Shown here one piece after another: positions 19,201 to 28,293 of a stretch of DNA of 64,000 nucleotides. The notes under the pieces are model-generated. The model worked only from the letters and a program-made list of their open reading frames with translations. It did no database searches and was not told the origin of the DNA. Position numbers and translations under genes: made by a program. The stretch's first letter is position 1, and the number at the start of each line of letters is the position of its first letter. The stretch comes from Kiritimatiellia bacterium (GTDB lineage: Bacteria > Verrucomicrobiota > Kiritimatiellia > RFP12 > JAAYLN01): NCBI GenBank assembly GCA_017509565.1, contig JAFWPM010000115.1, forward strand, positions 8,401 to 72,400, read 5' to 3'.

Positions 19201-19551
19201 GACCTCCTCGTCGCGCATGAAGACGCTCTCGAAGACGGAGCAAATCGAGGATGGGATTCGCGACGACGGGAGCGTCGTCGCCACGGAGGGGACGGCAAAG
19301 CGCCATGTATGGGACAGGGCGTCCATCTCGGGGCTGTTCGCGACATCCGGAGCGCTCCCGTATTCCCAGGCCCGGTAAGGGAGGAACCCGGACGGCGAGC
19401 CGTCGGCCTTCCCCAGCCGCCAGATTTCGCCGCCGCGCGCGGACGAGGCGGACAAGGCGAGGAAAAGCGCGAAAGCCGCCGCCGTGAAATCGGCGGCCAA
19501 TTCGCGCCCCAACCTGCGTCTGCGTTGTCCTAGAGGTCCATTCATGCACAC
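16261..19551 (-). CDS. secreted glycoside hydrolase, GH5-like TIM barrel with C-terminal CBM9-like sugar-binding domain
   Basis: Signal-like FTAAAFALFLALSASSA. SDWEIGNEPGY (catalytic NEP). C-terminal DSIQFAIDPRDDGADFTSF...FGFNFLVNDSDGG resembles CBM9. Confidence 0.7.
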   Translation of the reverse strand: MCMNGPLGQRRRRLGRELAADFTAAAFALFLALSASSARGGEIWRLGKADGSPSGFLPYRAWEYGSAPDVANSPEMDALSHTWRFAVPSVATTLPSSRIPSSICSVFESVFMRDEEVVTGLELFWDESAPGFRILRVECCNAGHMPENGPGGVEISLPDGRRRLYDIPARGADGSPPRFSYDFAMPVAPGRNAATIRVVSPGKHESVTFDSIALVESDVVPEFQPLLEIASSDPDGVFRPGGDARLALHLSNADAGFVRYEVRDIASNVVFRGEAEIAGGHGEAALPADRLGWFGVSAAFRDDEASSPRQCAAAATSYCVLEPPEEGFIDSSRFGCHAVGGDGYFLRDTALRRERTERALRRARLAGAKWARLHYLSWALREPERGRDVWDGLDERLDLAAQNGLRVLVNVVGVPRWTSPSADGKLTVTGEPRWKMAAPSDLAAWSNFVSRLVSRYRGRVSDWEIGNEPGYTSAFWTTGSPEDFAAYLKTAYIAAHAADPACRVYPGAPLDAHFLEETVAAAGGVADFDTLSVHYLGNAKRFSSKAAGWRALRDAIAPGLAIVNSEDMDWHSERGSGPLAVASAMVKLHVRDAAAGVSRTFAFQPFIQGSPYSFHDVRGAPLPAFAAYRAMTHRLEGAAYVGDLSTRECEAYVFDRAGTPVTVFWNALSVPAAFRATLGGGSFTAVDFMDNESPAAPGADGLLALPATPRPRYVEGGDWDAIRAALAQSAAARAEAATTHPLGDNLVPPGRRAFTASGRRFETVAHSVPVRYGDTYLFAAAIRGAGTLDGIVTVHDADGGELWPRKQGLNCLRDRRAGPEWKTVADTFTIADEKAATLRLVLVADFSEQAAGAPIEVRDITVAQISETHSASKALHRGAFGTDAFGPPIAIPGATARLALGGHFVETSLPEHTQSGRDAPTARPQPSLHLRFEVEDDAFDPPDGPENCWLNDSIQFAIDPRDDGADFTSFRLLRTADGRDILYKDRNYTTPELPDDITRRGVVQDAEIAFRRTPSGYSFDLSIPVRELYPLKADARAFGFNFLVNDSDGGPREWREWTEGIGGTKTAAPFGHLGREETPARQTPNQQSIQTQGATP

Positions 19552-19640
19552 AATTCTACCATGTCCCCCATGCCCGCGCTACACCACTTTGAGCAAACGG
19601 GATTTATCCGTTTGCGCAGGCGGGGGCGGCGGGCAAGGGC
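19552..19640 (-). promoter_or_regulatory. conserved leader/promoter element (second copy) upstream of the GH5-like gene
   Basis: Minus-strand GGATAAATCCCGTTTGCTCAAAGTGGTGTAGCGCGGGCATGGGGGACATGGTAGAAT-7nt-ATG. The TGnTAGAAT box ends 7 nt before the start codon. Confidence 0.35.
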
Positions 19641-19807
19641 GTGGGGCGGGCTAGTGCCTCGTCCGAAAAATGCGTGGCAATATCCGCCGGACAGGTTTCG
19701 CCAAACGAGGCGTTGCCAAAAGGCGTAGTGTCCCTACGGCGATTGGCAACAATGAAGCATGGCGGAAGTTGGGCAAGGATTGTGTCATGGAGTTTGAGGA
19801 CAAGACA

Positions 19808-21016
19808 CTAGAGCGTGTCGCGGTTTTCGCGGCGCCATTCGGTCATGGTGACGCCCGTCACCTGCTTGAAGAGCTTGGCCAGATGGCTTTCGCGCACGAA
19901 GTTCGTCCGCTCCGTGATTTCGCCGATCGAGAGGCTGCCCGCCGCAAGCAGCGCCTTGACGCGCTCGATGCGTTCGCGGACGATCGCGTCTCGGACCGAA
20001 AAGCCCAGCTTGGCGCGGAACCGTCCTTCCAGCGTCCGCCGGGAACATCCGCTCGCGCGCACGACGGCGGCGACGTCGAGGTTCCCGTCCCCGGCGTTGC
20101 GCCGGACGAAGGCGACTGCCCGCGAAATGGCGGCATCGCTCGTGGCGGCGTAGCCTGTGCTGTCGCGCGTGACGATGCCGATGGGTGGCTGGGAAATGGC
20201 ACACTCGCGGGGCTGGCGACCGGACATGAGGTCGTCAAGCATCGCCGCAGCAATCTGGCCGCGGCGAAAGCCGCCGGTATGGATGCTTGAAAGGGACGGC
20301 ACGGTGGAGTCGCAAATCAGAGGGTCGTCGTCGACGCCCAGAACGGCGATTTCGTCCGGAACCCGAAGACCGGCGAAAAGACACGCCTCCAGCACGTTGC
20401 GGGCCCGATGGTCCGCCGGGGCGAAAACCGCCGTTTCCCGTGGAAGTTCCCTGAGGAAGCGGACCATGCGCTCCCGTTCCGTCGGCCAGTCTCGCTTTTC
20501 TCCGGCGGTGGAGGAATCGAACACCGCGAAGTCGAACCCCCGCTCCGCGAGCGCGTCGCCGAAACCGAGGCGCCGCTCGCGACTCCAGCATTCGACGCTG
20601 GGCAGATCGACGAACGCGAACGAACGGTATCCCCGCGAAACGAAATAGCGCGCCGCCATCGTGCCGATCGCGCGTCCGTCTCGCCGCACATAGGGAATGC
20701 CCCGGAGCGGATAGTCGGGATCCTCCAGTTCCGGCCCCGGTTCCACGAAAACCACCGGGACGCCCAGCGCCGCGATTTCGCGCGCGTCATCGAAGCCGGT
20801 CCTGGAGACGATGATGCCGTCGACCCCCGTTTTGGGAAAATCGGCCATCCTCTCGCCGCTCCAGCGCTCGTCAAAAAGGCAGAACCACTGACCGCTTTTC
20901 CCCACGTGGTCGAGAATGCCGAGAAACGTCGAGCGCTCCGCCTTCCTTTCCAGCGAAAACAGGATTGCGACCTTTTTCGTGCGGTTGTCTGCCATTGTCA
21001 TTGCCCTTTCAAGCAT
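19808..21016 (-). CDS. XylR-type transcriptional regulator (periplasmic-binding-protein-like sugar domain plus C-terminal AraC HTH)
   Basis: N-terminal KKVAILFS ... IIVSRTG ... AVLGVDDD (LacI/PBP-I-like). C-terminal RRTLEGRFRAKLGFSV...HLAKLFKQVTGVTMTEWRR (AraC HTH). The start is chosen at MLERAMTMADN. Confidence 0.75.
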   Translation of the reverse strand: MLERAMTMADNRTKKVAILFSLERKAERSTFLGILDHVGKSGQWFCLFDERWSGERMADFPKTGVDGIIVSRTGFDDAREIAALGVPVVFVEPGPELEDPDYPLRGIPYVRRDGRAIGTMAARYFVSRGYRSFAFVDLPSVECWSRERRLGFGDALAERGFDFAVFDSSTAGEKRDWPTERERMVRFLRELPRETAVFAPADHRARNVLEACLFAGLRVPDEIAVLGVDDDPLICDSTVPSLSSIHTGGFRRGQIAAAMLDDLMSGRQPRECAISQPPIGIVTRDSTGYAATSDAAISRAVAFVRRNAGDGNLDVAAVVRASGCSRRTLEGRFRAKLGFSVRDAIVRERIERVKALLAAGSLSIGEITERTNFVRESHLAKLFKQVTGVTMTEWRRENRDTL

Positions 21017-21047
21017 GGCTGGCCCTCCCTGGACCCGCGAACTGCAC

Positions 21048-22676
21048 CTATGCCTTCTCAATGATCGGGATGTCGATGTTGCGCTTCTTGGAGGAGAAGT
21101 TGATGCCAATCAGCGTCACGGGACGCTTGCCGCCCTTCCACTTGTCGGCGTAGCCGCGCTCGCGGATCTGCCGCATCGCGGCCTCCGGCGATTCGTCGTA
21201 TTTGAACTCGAAGACGTAAACGGCATCCGGACGCTGGACAATGGCGTCGGCGTAGCCGCGCGCAGAGGGGAACTCCGGCGCGGGGTCGGCCCCGAGCATG
21301 GCGAAGAAGAGCTGGAAGTAGCGCTTCGCCTCGGATTCGTTCGCAATCCGCCAGTCCGGAGGAATCTGCGCGTAAAGCGAGAAGAGCATCGTCTCCACCA
21401 CTTCGCGGATGTCGCCGGCGGCGATGAGGCGTCTGGCCCGGTCGATGAGAGTTTCCCAAGAATCGTCCGGGAATCCGAGAATCCGGGAAACGTAGCCATC
21501 GCGCAGCGAATGGCGGATTTCCTCGTTCGGCGGCGCGAGACGGTAGGTGTCGGTGGCGGCGACGCCCTTGTCCTCTGGCTTGTCGGAGTGGAAAACCTCC
21601 TTAATCGTCAAGTAGCCGCTCTGGTAAAGTAGCGCTTCAATGGGTAGCGTCTCGGCGTCGCACACATCGAGTTGAATCGGGCGGACACGGACATTCTCCA
21701 GATCGTCCGGCATCTTGCCGACGGCCTTGATGCGGTTGAAGATGAGGGTCGAGCCGCCGGTAGCCTCCCAGTAACTCTTGAACACACCACCGCCGGGTGA
21801 GAAGAGTTTGCCGAGCGAGACTGGATTCACGACACGCGCTTCTGTTTGCGGTGAAAAGCGATAGCCGTCGAACCATTTGAGAATCTTGTCTCTGGTTGAC
21901 TCAAAGTCCTGACCTAGTTTTTTCGCAAGAGCCTCGACATTCTCGCGAAGCGCACCGTCAATTTCGGAATGCGTGTAGCCAAGGAGTGTTGCGAAGCGAG
22001 CATCGTCCGACAAGTCCGTGAGGTGCGTAAGACCCGAGAAGACCGAGAGTTTCGTGAGCTTTGTCACGCCCGTCATCATCAAAAAGCGGATGACGTCGGA
22101 ATTGATCTTCAGTTTCTCGTAGAAGTCGTGTAGAAGTTTACGAACGCGCTTCAATTCCCCGATGTCATCCAGAAACCCTGCCACCGGCTCGTCATACTCA
22201 TCGACAAGAACAACGATTTTCTTCGTCGGCGAGAGTTCTGCGGCAGCCTTCAGGAATTTGGAGAACTTGCCGGGAATCGTGCCCTTGGAGGGAATGGCGA
22301 GTCCCGCCTGTTCATAAAGTCCATCGACGATTTCCCCAAGCTGCTCCTTGACCTCGGCGTAGGAGTCGCCGTTGGCGTTGGACATCGTGAAGGAATAAAC
22401 GGGTGTCGGCGCAGTCCATCCCTCCCAATCTTCCTTGTCGATCGCCAGCCCCTTGAAAAGGTCCCTCCGCCCCTCGAACATCGCCTGAATCGTGGAGAGC
22501 ATGAGCGACTTGCCGAAGCGGCGCGGGCGAGAGATGAAATACTGGGCATCCTCTTCCTTCCGGGCGAGTTCGTAAAGAATGCCGGTCTTGTCCACATACT
22601 TCGTTTCCTTGCCATTGATCAGGGTCGGGAAGTCGTGGACTCCGGTGGTCAGTTCCTGGATTCTGCGTTTCGCCAT
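21048..22676 (-). CDS. AAA-ATPase_like (PF09820-type) protein with C-terminal PD-(D/E)xK nuclease-like domain
   Basis: KYVDKTGILYEL...YFISRPRRFGKSLMLSTIQAMFEGRRDLFKGLAI is the family N-terminal signature. C-terminal DAVYVFEFKYDESPEAAMRQIRERGYADKW. GC is lower than the neighbours. Start at MAKRRIQELTTG. Confidence 0.8.
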   Translation of the reverse strand: MAKRRIQELTTGVHDFPTLINGKETKYVDKTGILYELARKEEDAQYFISRPRRFGKSLMLSTIQAMFEGRRDLFKGLAIDKEDWEGWTAPTPVYSFTMSNANGDSYAEVKEQLGEIVDGLYEQAGLAIPSKGTIPGKFSKFLKAAAELSPTKKIVVLVDEYDEPVAGFLDDIGELKRVRKLLHDFYEKLKINSDVIRFLMMTGVTKLTKLSVFSGLTHLTDLSDDARFATLLGYTHSEIDGALRENVEALAKKLGQDFESTRDKILKWFDGYRFSPQTEARVVNPVSLGKLFSPGGGVFKSYWEATGGSTLIFNRIKAVGKMPDDLENVRVRPIQLDVCDAETLPIEALLYQSGYLTIKEVFHSDKPEDKGVAATDTYRLAPPNEEIRHSLRDGYVSRILGFPDDSWETLIDRARRLIAAGDIREVVETMLFSLYAQIPPDWRIANESEAKRYFQLFFAMLGADPAPEFPSARGYADAIVQRPDAVYVFEFKYDESPEAAMRQIRERGYADKWKGGKRPVTLIGINFSSKKRNIDIPIIEKA

Positions 22677-22751
22677 ATTGCGCTCCTTGCCGTTTACGCC
22701 TTCAATTCTAGCAAAACGCGGGGCGAAATCCAAGTTGAAACTGTTGAAAAA

Positions 22752-22801
22752 TGTTGCCAATGTGAAAATGTTGCCAATTGCCAATGCCAGCTGCCAATTG
22801 C
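22752..22801. repeat. tandem TTGCCAAT-type repeats (about 5) in the upstream region of the ATPase gene
   Basis: ATGTTGCCAATGTGAAAATGTTGCCAATTGCCAATGCCAGCTGCCAATTGC. Confidence 0.4.
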
Positions 22802-22806
22802 TTTTA

Positions 22807-22859
22807 GCCACAAAGGACACAGAGTTCCCAAAGTCTGTGTGTTCCTTTGTGTTCTCTGG
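22807..22859. repeat. palindromic RPE-like element, intergenic copy E1
   Basis: GCCACAAAGGACACAGAGTTCCCAAAGTCTGTGTGTTCCTTTGTGTTCTCTGG. Its arms are imperfectly complementary (G:T wobble-compatible) and homologous to the in-ORF copies at 35246, 57470 and 59090. Confidence 0.6.
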
Positions 22860-22916
22860 GGCTGCAAAATGGATATTGGCAACATTCAGAAAGGTTGAAA
22901 GGTCAGAGACGGAAGG

Positions 22917-25339
22917 TCATCGTGTTCCGTCCACAAGGACGGAAAGGTTCTGCCCGCGCAGGTAGCGGATGGAGATGTCGTGGCCACGCCAACGGAGATT
23001 GTCAAGGACGAACCAGTCCCACGCCGGATCGGCGAGCGGATCGACGCGGTAGCCGCCCTCGCCGTCTGGGACGAAGCCGCAGAGGCCCGTGACAACGAGG
23101 TCGCAGAAGGAGGAGTGGTTGTAGTCCTTGCCGCGTTCGCGCGGGAAGCGCGCCCGCATCTCCGGGTCGGAACGCATGATGGTCCGCGAAATCCAGTCGG
23201 GCTTGTCGGGGTTGAGGTTTTCGTCGATCCACGGCACGACGGTCCAGCCGTCGTCGCGGTCGCGCGTCCGCTTCTGCTGCGCGGCATACTGCCACATCAG
23301 GAAATCGAAGGCCCGCCGCCCCTCTTCGGACGGATGCGCGTGGAGGTCGTTGGCAAAGGCCGTCAGGGCGATGGAGGTCGCAAAGGGCCAGCTGGGGCCG
23401 TTCCACTGGCATTCGTGCCCCTCGTATGCGATTTTGAAGCCGGGGGCGCGGCGCTCCGGGAAGGTGAGACCGTATTTCGCGGCGAAGCCCTGCGGGTCGG
23501 AGAGCTGCGACCAGTCCGGTGCCACACCGACGGGAACGCCGAAATACCACGGCGCGTAGCCGTGCAGTTCGCGAACGGGATTCAGCGTCCCGTCGCAGCC
23601 TCGCGTCGAGAAAAAGCTCGTTCCAGTGTTCCAGCACTTCTCCATCAGCGCCTTGCGGACGCCCTCCGCCTTGGCCTCGAACTCGTCGGCGAGCGCGTCG
23701 CGGCCCGCTCGGCGCGCGACGGCGGCGATGCACCGAGACTCGCTCCACATGGCGCTGTTCATGAGCGGCTTCCACCCGTTTCCGCCAAGGGAGTATTCGG
23801 TGCCTTCGCGGGAATCGACGGAAAGGAAGCCGCCCGCGCCGTCGCCACCCATGCGGCCGGTGTCTTGCGCAGGCCAAAGCGAAATGCCGTCAAAGCCCTC
23901 CTCCCAGCGGCGGTAGTAGCGGACGGCGTCGTCGAGAAGCCGGACGGGAAGCTCGTCGAGGCCATGCGCTTCGGCGAACTGGCAGCAACCCGTGAAGAGC
24001 CAGCTCGAATATCGCCAGCGATGCTCCGACTGGGGGCCGGCGAGCCAGAAGCGGGCATGGTCCGCAAGATATCTCGGGTCGCGCAGCCAGCGTCCTTCGC
24101 GGAAGTGGTGGCCCGCCGGGCAGACGATTGTGTTGTCCGCACCGCTCCACGAGACCTTGGGCAGGAACTCCGTGACGCGCCACCCGCCGTCCGCGCCCCG
24201 GCGCAGATGCTTGCGGTAGGTCCACCAGCGGAAATAATACGTCCGCTCGATGTCCTTGTCGGGGCAGGCGAAGCGCGGGACGTTCTCCAGCATCCACGCC
24301 TCCGCATCGGCGTTCGGGATCGCGTTCGCGTAGAGTTCCTCGTCCATCGCGTTGAAGCGCCGGACGTAGTCGCGCAGAATCTTTTCCGTGTCGGGCAGGC
24401 GCGCGGGCGACGCTTCTAGGTCGAGTCCGCCGTGGACGGCGCAGCCGACGTATTCGGGGAAGCCGCTGCGGCCGTTGTAGTAGAGGAGCCAGCGGTCGTT
24501 CGCCTCGTCGCGCACGGCGGAGGGCTTGTAGGTCGCGCTGCCGTCCCACGTGCCGAGGTCCGGGGCCACGATGGGGTTCTGGTGAATGCGCCGCCAGCCC
24601 GTCACGCCGTCCTCCGACACGGCCGCGCCGATGCGCGCCGTGTCGATGTCCGAGTAGCCGATGTAGAACATCGCGAAGCGCCCGTCGGGAAGGGGATGCA
24701 CCTCGCAGCCGCCCACGCGGTCGCGGTCCCACGAGTCGCGCGGGCCGTGCGCGAAGACGGGGTTGCCCTCGAACTTGCGCCATTCGAGGCCGTCGGCCGA
24801 CTCCGCGTAGCAGATGACGTTCGGCTCGTAGGTCTCGCCGGCGGCGTACCACATCCGCCAGACATTACGCTCCGCGTCCCAGCGGACGTAGGGATTCATC
24901 ACGGAGAGCTTTTCGCAGTCGGACTCTGGCACCAGAACGGGTTCGCGCCGGACGCGCGCGAAGCGTACGCCGTCTTGGCTTGTCGCGTAGCCGATGCTCG
25001 ACATGCCGCCCGCCTGGCCGGTGTACCACAGGTGCCACACGCCGTCGCGGAAGACGGTGCAGCTGCGGTTGATGTTGTCCTCCCAGCCGCTCGCGGGATC
25101 GGCCTCCAGGCAGACTTCGGGCTCCTGCGACCAGTGGAGGCCGTCGCCGCTGCGGACGAGGGCGATTGCCTTGCGCGGCCGCCAGGAGAAATACATCGTC
25201 CAAGGCGCAGGGCCGTCGCGCACCACGTTTACGTCGAAGCACGTGCCGAGGCGCTCGCCGCCCAAAATCGGGTTTCCTTCGAACTTCGTCCAGAGGCCGG
25301 CGATCGGGCCGGTCCCCTTTTCCATTTCATTGTTCATTC
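22917..25339 (-). CDS. two-domain glycoside hydrolase: N-terminal GH130/GH43-like five-bladed beta-propeller plus C-terminal (alpha/alpha)6 barrel (GH63/MGH1-like)
   Basis: N-terminal FEGNPILGG...WTMYF...WHLWY...FEGNPVF...FAMFYIGYS blades. C-terminal RWWTYRKH...GHECQWNGPSWPFATS six-hairpin-like. Start at MNNEMEKG (about 25339). Confidence 0.6.
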
Positions 25340-26100
25340 TTTGCTTGCCACTCTTGGAGGATGGTCCGCCAGCGGGCCTTGTCAGCGTCGCTTGCGAAGG
25401 GGGCGTGGAACCAGTCCGTTCGGCCAAGCCGGCGGTTCTTGTCCTCGCCCATCGGATGGTAGGGCTCGATGTCAATGCGGACGATGCCGGGCGTCGTCTC
25501 GGACAGACGCCGGATATGGCGTAGCGCCTCGTTCGAGTCGTTCACGCCCGGAACGAGCGGGCACCGCAGGACGACCGATGCTCCGCGCGAGGAGAGAAAG
25601 GCGAGATTGTCGAGGATCGGTTCGGCGGGACACCCCACGAGCTTTTCATGGAGGGATGGCGGCGCCTTGACGTCCCAGAGCCACAAGTTGACGAGAGGCA
25701 GCAGCGCCTCGATGCGTTCGCGCGGCGCATAACCCGATGTCTCGACCGCCGTATGGATGCTCTCCGTCTTCGCGGCGGCGAGAAGCGCGCGTGTGAACTC
25801 GAAGTGCGCCAGCGGTTCGCCGCCGCTGATGGTGAGCCCGCCGCCTGAATTGTCGTAGAAGGCCTTGTCCTTGCGGACGCTTGCCATGACCTCCTCGACG
25901 GTCATGGCTTTGCCGACGATTTCCGGTGGCCCTCCGTTCTCGCCTGCCATCGTCTCCTGCTCGAAGGACTGCGATTCCGGGTTGTGGCACCAGAGGCAAC
26001 GCAACGGGCAGCCTTTCAGAAAAACGACCGTCCGGATTCCCGGCCCGTCGTGGACCGCGAACTTCTCGATGTCGAAGACGATGGCAATTTCGTCGCTCAC
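25327..26100 (-). CDS. glycyl-radical enzyme activating protein (radical SAM, PflA-type)
   Basis: VFLKGCPLRCLWCHNPES (CxxxCxxC), a glycine-rich SAM motif, and a second Cys-rich stretch. GTG start 26098-26100 overlaps the glycyl-radical enzyme stop (GTGA). Confidence 0.85.
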   Translation of the reverse strand: MSDEIAIVFDIEKFAVHDGPGIRTVVFLKGCPLRCLWCHNPESQSFEQETMAGENGGPPEIVGKAMTVEEVMASVRKDKAFYDNSGGGLTISGGEPLAHFEFTRALLAAAKTESIHTAVETSGYAPRERIEALLPLVNLWLWDVKAPPSLHEKLVGCPAEPILDNLAFLSSRGASVVLRCPLVPGVNDSNEALRHIRRLSETTPGIVRIDIEPYHPMGEDKNRRLGRTDWFHAPFASDADKARWRTILQEWQAKNEQ

Positions 26101-28226
26101 GCCTTATGCTCCGTTCGGGCGATGACGTCGTCCCGGATTGATTCCGCAAGCCCGACGAAGTAGGCGGAGAAGCCGGAGACGCGGACGCGGAGGCTCTTGT
26201 AGGCGTCGGGGTTAGCCTTCGCGGCGCGGAGCTCCTCGGCGGAGACGTGGTTGAGCTGGATGTGCAGCCCGCCTTCCCGGAAGTAGGTCTCGACAAGGGC
26301 TACGAGCTTCTCGAAGCTTTCGTCGTCCGTGACGATGCGCTCGTCCACGGAGAGGTTGAGAATGGAGTCGCCGGTCATGATTCCGGTGGGGTCCATGTGG
26401 GCGACAGAGCGCATGAGCGATGTCGGCCCGTCGCGGTCCTTGCCATTCGACTGTCCGCCGCCAAAGAGGAGGGCGCTTCCGAAAACGCGCCCGTCGGGCG
26501 TGGCCTTCGTTTGCGCCCCGAACCAGGCGAAGTGCGCATTGTAGCCGGTAAGGTTGCCGAAGGTGAGCGGATGGCCGAAGAAGTCGGTGCGTCCCTCGGC
26601 AAAAGCCGCGACCGAGCGGTAGAAGCGGTGCGCGACAGAGTCCGCGAGGTCGTCGCCGTTGCCGTAGAAGCGCCCGTCCCGGAGAATCTCCTCGCGCAGC
26701 GCCTCATGGCCCTTCCAGTCCGCATCGAGCGCCGCAAGGAGCGCCTCCATCGTGCAGCGCTTTTCCTCGAAGACGAACTGGCGGATCACGCAGAGCGAGT
26801 CGATGAGGTTGGTGGAGCCCATGAAATGCGCGCACCAAAGGGCGCGGGTGGCGCCGCCCTGCGTCACGCTCGCCGCGCGTTCGATGCAGCCTGACATGAG
26901 GAGGGAGGTCAGCACGTTGCAGTCGCGCGAGCGGAGCATGTTGAAGCGGTTGGAGTAGTCGAGGATCGTCTCCAGGTCGTGGCGCAGCTCCTGCTCGTAG
27001 AGAGAGTAGAAGGAATCGAAGTCGCGGCAGGCGAGGGCTTCTGCGCGGCGTCCGTCGAGGGTACGCACGAGGGAGCGGACGATGTTCACCGTGTTGCCAC
27101 CGAGCGAGATGCCGCCCTGGAAGGCAGGCTCGTTGCAGCCGACCATGATGTAGTCGAAGGCCTCCTTCCATGGCATGCCGCGGCGGCCAGTCATGTCGGC
27201 GATGCGCGGCTCGTCGTTCACGAAGGCGATGCGCTTGTTCCTGTCCTTGCGTTCGGCGTCGAGCATCCGGCGCAGCACGGAGCGCGGCGTGAGTTGGTTC
27301 CAGCGCAGCGAAATCTGCGGGCGGACGAGGTCGGTCTCCATCAGGGATTCGACAATCAGCTCCGAGAGGTCGTTCCAGGCGCATCGGTGGTCGATCGTGT
27401 AGCCGCCGACGACGAAGTGCGACTCCGCGCCCTTGTCGGCGTTTCCCGAACTCGGCGGCGTGTAGCCGTGGATCATTACGAAGAGTTCCTGGAGCAGCTC
27501 CTTTGCGTGGTCGCGGGTGAGTGTGCCGTCCGCCAGTCCGCGCTCGTAGAGCGGCAGCAGATACTGGTCTGGGCGGCCGATGCTGTCTGGCTGGAACTGG
27601 AAGCAGAAGTAGAGGCACTGGACCGCCTCCTCGAAGGTCTGCGCCGGATGCTCGGGGACGCGCTCGCAGTTCGCGGCCATGCGTAGGAGCGCAGCGCGGC
27701 GTTTGGGCGGCGTCGCAGGATCGACGGCGCGGCGGCGGCACTCGGCGGCGTATTGGTGCGAGCGGTTGACGATGCCGCGGATCATCGACTCCAGTCCCGC
27801 GAGAAACTCCAGGCGCTTCATGTCGGACTCGTACTGGCGGCGCGCCCCGACAATCTCCGCGCGAAGTCCGACAAGGCCGATGCGGATCACCTTGCCGAAG
27901 TCGGCGTTGGAGTGCTGCCACTCGAATGTGCAGAGGTTCTCCTGCGGATGCCGATAGTATTTGCCGGCGGCCTCGTAGAAGAAGCGGTGGCCGATGCGCG
28001 GAAAGAGAGGACCCTCGACCGAGCCGTCGAAACGGATCATGCCGACGAGCTCGTTGTCGTCGGAGAAGGCGCATGGCTGTGCCGACATGTACTCAGTCAG
28101 TCTCTTGGCGATGCGCTGAGGATCGGAAAGCTTCTCGTCGAAGGCGTCATAGTCGACCTTGACTTGCTTGGGATAGATGTCGCCCGCGTGTGCGGCGACG
28201 ATGAGGCGTTGGATGCGGTCGTTCAT
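26097..28226 (-). CDS. glycyl radical enzyme, eliminase/dehydratase-type (compact, 709 aa)
   Basis: Cys loop IMVGCNEPAFQGG (GCxEP as in GDH/CutC/HypD-type enzymes). C-terminal glycyl motif LRVRVSGFSAYFVGL. Substrate unknown. Confidence 0.8.
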   Translation of the reverse strand: MNDRIQRLIVAAHAGDIYPKQVKVDYDAFDEKLSDPQRIAKRLTEYMSAQPCAFSDDNELVGMIRFDGSVEGPLFPRIGHRFFYEAAGKYYRHPQENLCTFEWQHSNADFGKVIRIGLVGLRAEIVGARRQYESDMKRLEFLAGLESMIRGIVNRSHQYAAECRRRAVDPATPPKRRAALLRMAANCERVPEHPAQTFEEAVQCLYFCFQFQPDSIGRPDQYLLPLYERGLADGTLTRDHAKELLQELFVMIHGYTPPSSGNADKGAESHFVVGGYTIDHRCAWNDLSELIVESLMETDLVRPQISLRWNQLTPRSVLRRMLDAERKDRNKRIAFVNDEPRIADMTGRRGMPWKEAFDYIMVGCNEPAFQGGISLGGNTVNIVRSLVRTLDGRRAEALACRDFDSFYSLYEQELRHDLETILDYSNRFNMLRSRDCNVLTSLLMSGCIERAASVTQGGATRALWCAHFMGSTNLIDSLCVIRQFVFEEKRCTMEALLAALDADWKGHEALREEILRDGRFYGNGDDLADSVAHRFYRSVAAFAEGRTDFFGHPLTFGNLTGYNAHFAWFGAQTKATPDGRVFGSALLFGGGQSNGKDRDGPTSLMRSVAHMDPTGIMTGDSILNLSVDERIVTDDESFEKLVALVETYFREGGLHIQLNHVSAEELRAAKANPDAYKSLRVRVSGFSAYFVGLAESIRDDVIARTEHKA

Positions 28227-28293
28227 GGTTCGTTGGCTGGTTGGGCAGTTGGTTGGCTGACTAGTGGTTGGTCGTCATCCGCCCTACGTCACC

